From Candidatus Saccharimonadota bacterium (lineage in GTDB: Bacteria; Pseudomonadota; Gammaproteobacteria; Enterobacterales; Enterobacteriaceae), in contig CP188087.1 of the NCBI GenBank assembly GCA_049942775.1, positions 120,001-152,000 on the forward strand: a stretch of DNA of 32,000 nucleotides, read 5' to 3'. Shown here piece after piece: positions 30,626-32,000 of the stretch (its first letter is position 1; each line of letters opens with the position of its first letter). Under the pieces are notes generated by a model, which was given only the letters and a program-made list of their open reading frames with translations, was not told where the DNA came from and did no database searches. The translations under genes were made by a program, and so were the position numbers.

Positions 30626-32000
30626 ATAACATGAGTAGTATTATTCTTTTTCCTTTATTTGGATTTTTTATTTTATCTATTTGTCAAAGAAAAATATCGA
30701 ATTTTTTTTCTGCTTTAATTGGAATAGGTTCAATTTTTTTTTCGTTAGCAATTATTGTTCGTATTTTTTTTTGTTATTTTAATAATAGATCTAGTTTGAA
30801 TTTTTTTTCTCAACATATTGAAATATGGAATAATATTCGATCTTTAAATTTTAAAGTTGATTTATTAATGGATAAATTTTCAATTTTTATGTTATTAATG
30901 ATTGGATTAGTTGGATTTTTAATACATGTTTTTTCTTATTGGTATATGAAATCTGAAGAAGAGTTTTCTACTTATTTTTCTTACATGAATCTTTTTATAG
31001 CTAGTATGTTTTTATTGATTTTGTCTGATAATTTATTATTAATGTATTGTGCTTGGGAATTGGTAGGACTATGTTCTTATTTACTTATTGGATTTTATCA
31101 TAGAAAAAAAGTAAGTTACAAATCAGCTATGAAAGCTTTTTTAATGACTAAAATAGGAGATATATTTTTTTGTTTATCTATTTTTATCTTATATTCTCAT
31201 TTTAAAACAACAAATTTAAATGATATAAAAGTTTTTTTAAAACATAGTTTATTAGCTAAAGATTGGCAATTTCACTTTTCTATTTTTTGTCTTTTAGTTG
31301 CAGCAGTTAGTAAATCAGCTCAAATTCCACTACAAACATGGCTAACTGATGCAATGGTTGGACCTACTCCTGTTTCAGCTTTAATACATGCATCGACAAT
31401 GATAATTGCAGGTGTATATTTAATTGTTAGAACTAACTTTTTGTTTTCTATGTCTCCAACAATTTTGCTTCTTGTAGGAATTATTGGAATATTAACTGTT
31501 CTTTTTTCTTGTTTTTTAGCTTTATTCCAAAATAATATAAAAAAAATTTTAGCGTATTCTACAATGAGTCAAATCGGATATATGTTTATAGCGATTTCTG
31601 TAAAATGTTGGAATGTTGCTATTATGCATTTAATTATTCATTCTTTTTTTAAATCTTTATTGTTTTTAAGTTCAGCTTCCATAATTTCTTTTTTTAATGG
31701 AGAAGAAAATATTTTAAAAATGGGTGGTGCAAGAAAAAAACAACCATTCATTTATTTTTGTTTTTTAGTTGGAGGTGCTTCATTAAGCTCCTTACCGTTG
31801 ATAACTTCAGGTTTTTATACTAAAGGTCAAATTTTATATTTCTTATTAGAAAACAAAAAATGGATGTTTCTTTTTTCTTCTCTTATAGGAGTTTTATTGA
31901 CTTCGATATATACGTTTAGAATGATATTTTTAATTTTTCATACAAAAAGAGAAAAACAAAAAATTATTTATCTAAATAATGGTTTTTTTCATACTTTTCC
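30622..32000 (+). CDS. nuoL: NADH-quinone oxidoreductase subunit L, N-terminal ~459 codons (runs off the right window edge)
   Basis: It is absent from the ORF track because no stop codon lies in the window. The ATG at 30622 overlaps the nuoK stop (ATGA). Manual translation gives [19 protein letters not shown]... then [37 protein letters not shown]...[12 protein letters not shown]. This parallels E. coli NuoL ([37 protein letters not shown]...AMKAFVVTRVGD). Confidence 0.92.
   Translation, partial: [459 protein letters not shown]

Noticed and set aside
1-32000. I searched the whole window for a novel system: defence islands, toxin-antitoxin pairs, CRISPR repeats, transposases or integrases, phage remnants, tRNA or rRNA genes, and clustered unknown ORFs.
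   Set aside because: None was found. Every ORF of credible length is a well-conserved housekeeping gene in ancestral enterobacterial order. The spacers contain no spaced direct-repeat array, no tRNA-like G+C-rich cloverleaf candidates and no orphan coding potential.

Overview
This window is a gene-dense, very AT-rich stretch (roughly one-fifth G+C by eye, not computed). It looks like the reduced genome of a gammaproteobacterial insect endosymbiont. As far as I recall, the gene order matches published Buchnera aphidicola genomes: glyS-glyQ / nfo-rplY / yabI / ksgA-apaH / folA-carB-carA-dapB-lspA-ileS / rpsT / dnaJ-dnaK / nuoA through nuoL. I support 27 protein-coding genes, all apparently intact housekeeping genes. 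Two of them, glyS and nuoL, are cut by the window edges and are therefore missing from the ORF track. I corrected four ORF-track starts (rplY, nuoB, nuoG, nuoI) inward to ATG codons by N-terminal homology. The only strong non-coding signals are small G+C-rich islands in the AT-rich spacers. These are a dnaK P1-like sigma-32 heat-shock promoter, a bulged GC-rich hairpin between dnaK and dnaJ, and two intrinsic-terminator hairpins between convergent genes. I found no tRNA or rRNA genes, CRISPR arrays, transposases, integrases, phage genes, toxin-antitoxin pairs or defence-type genes, and no unexplained ORF of credible coding quality. My conclusion is that this is ordinary core-genome sequence with no evidence of a novel biological system. 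The findings below are modest: gene-loss scars relative to the collinear E. coli region (notably ribF), conserved regulatory islands, slippage-prone homopolymers and one short spacer repeat.
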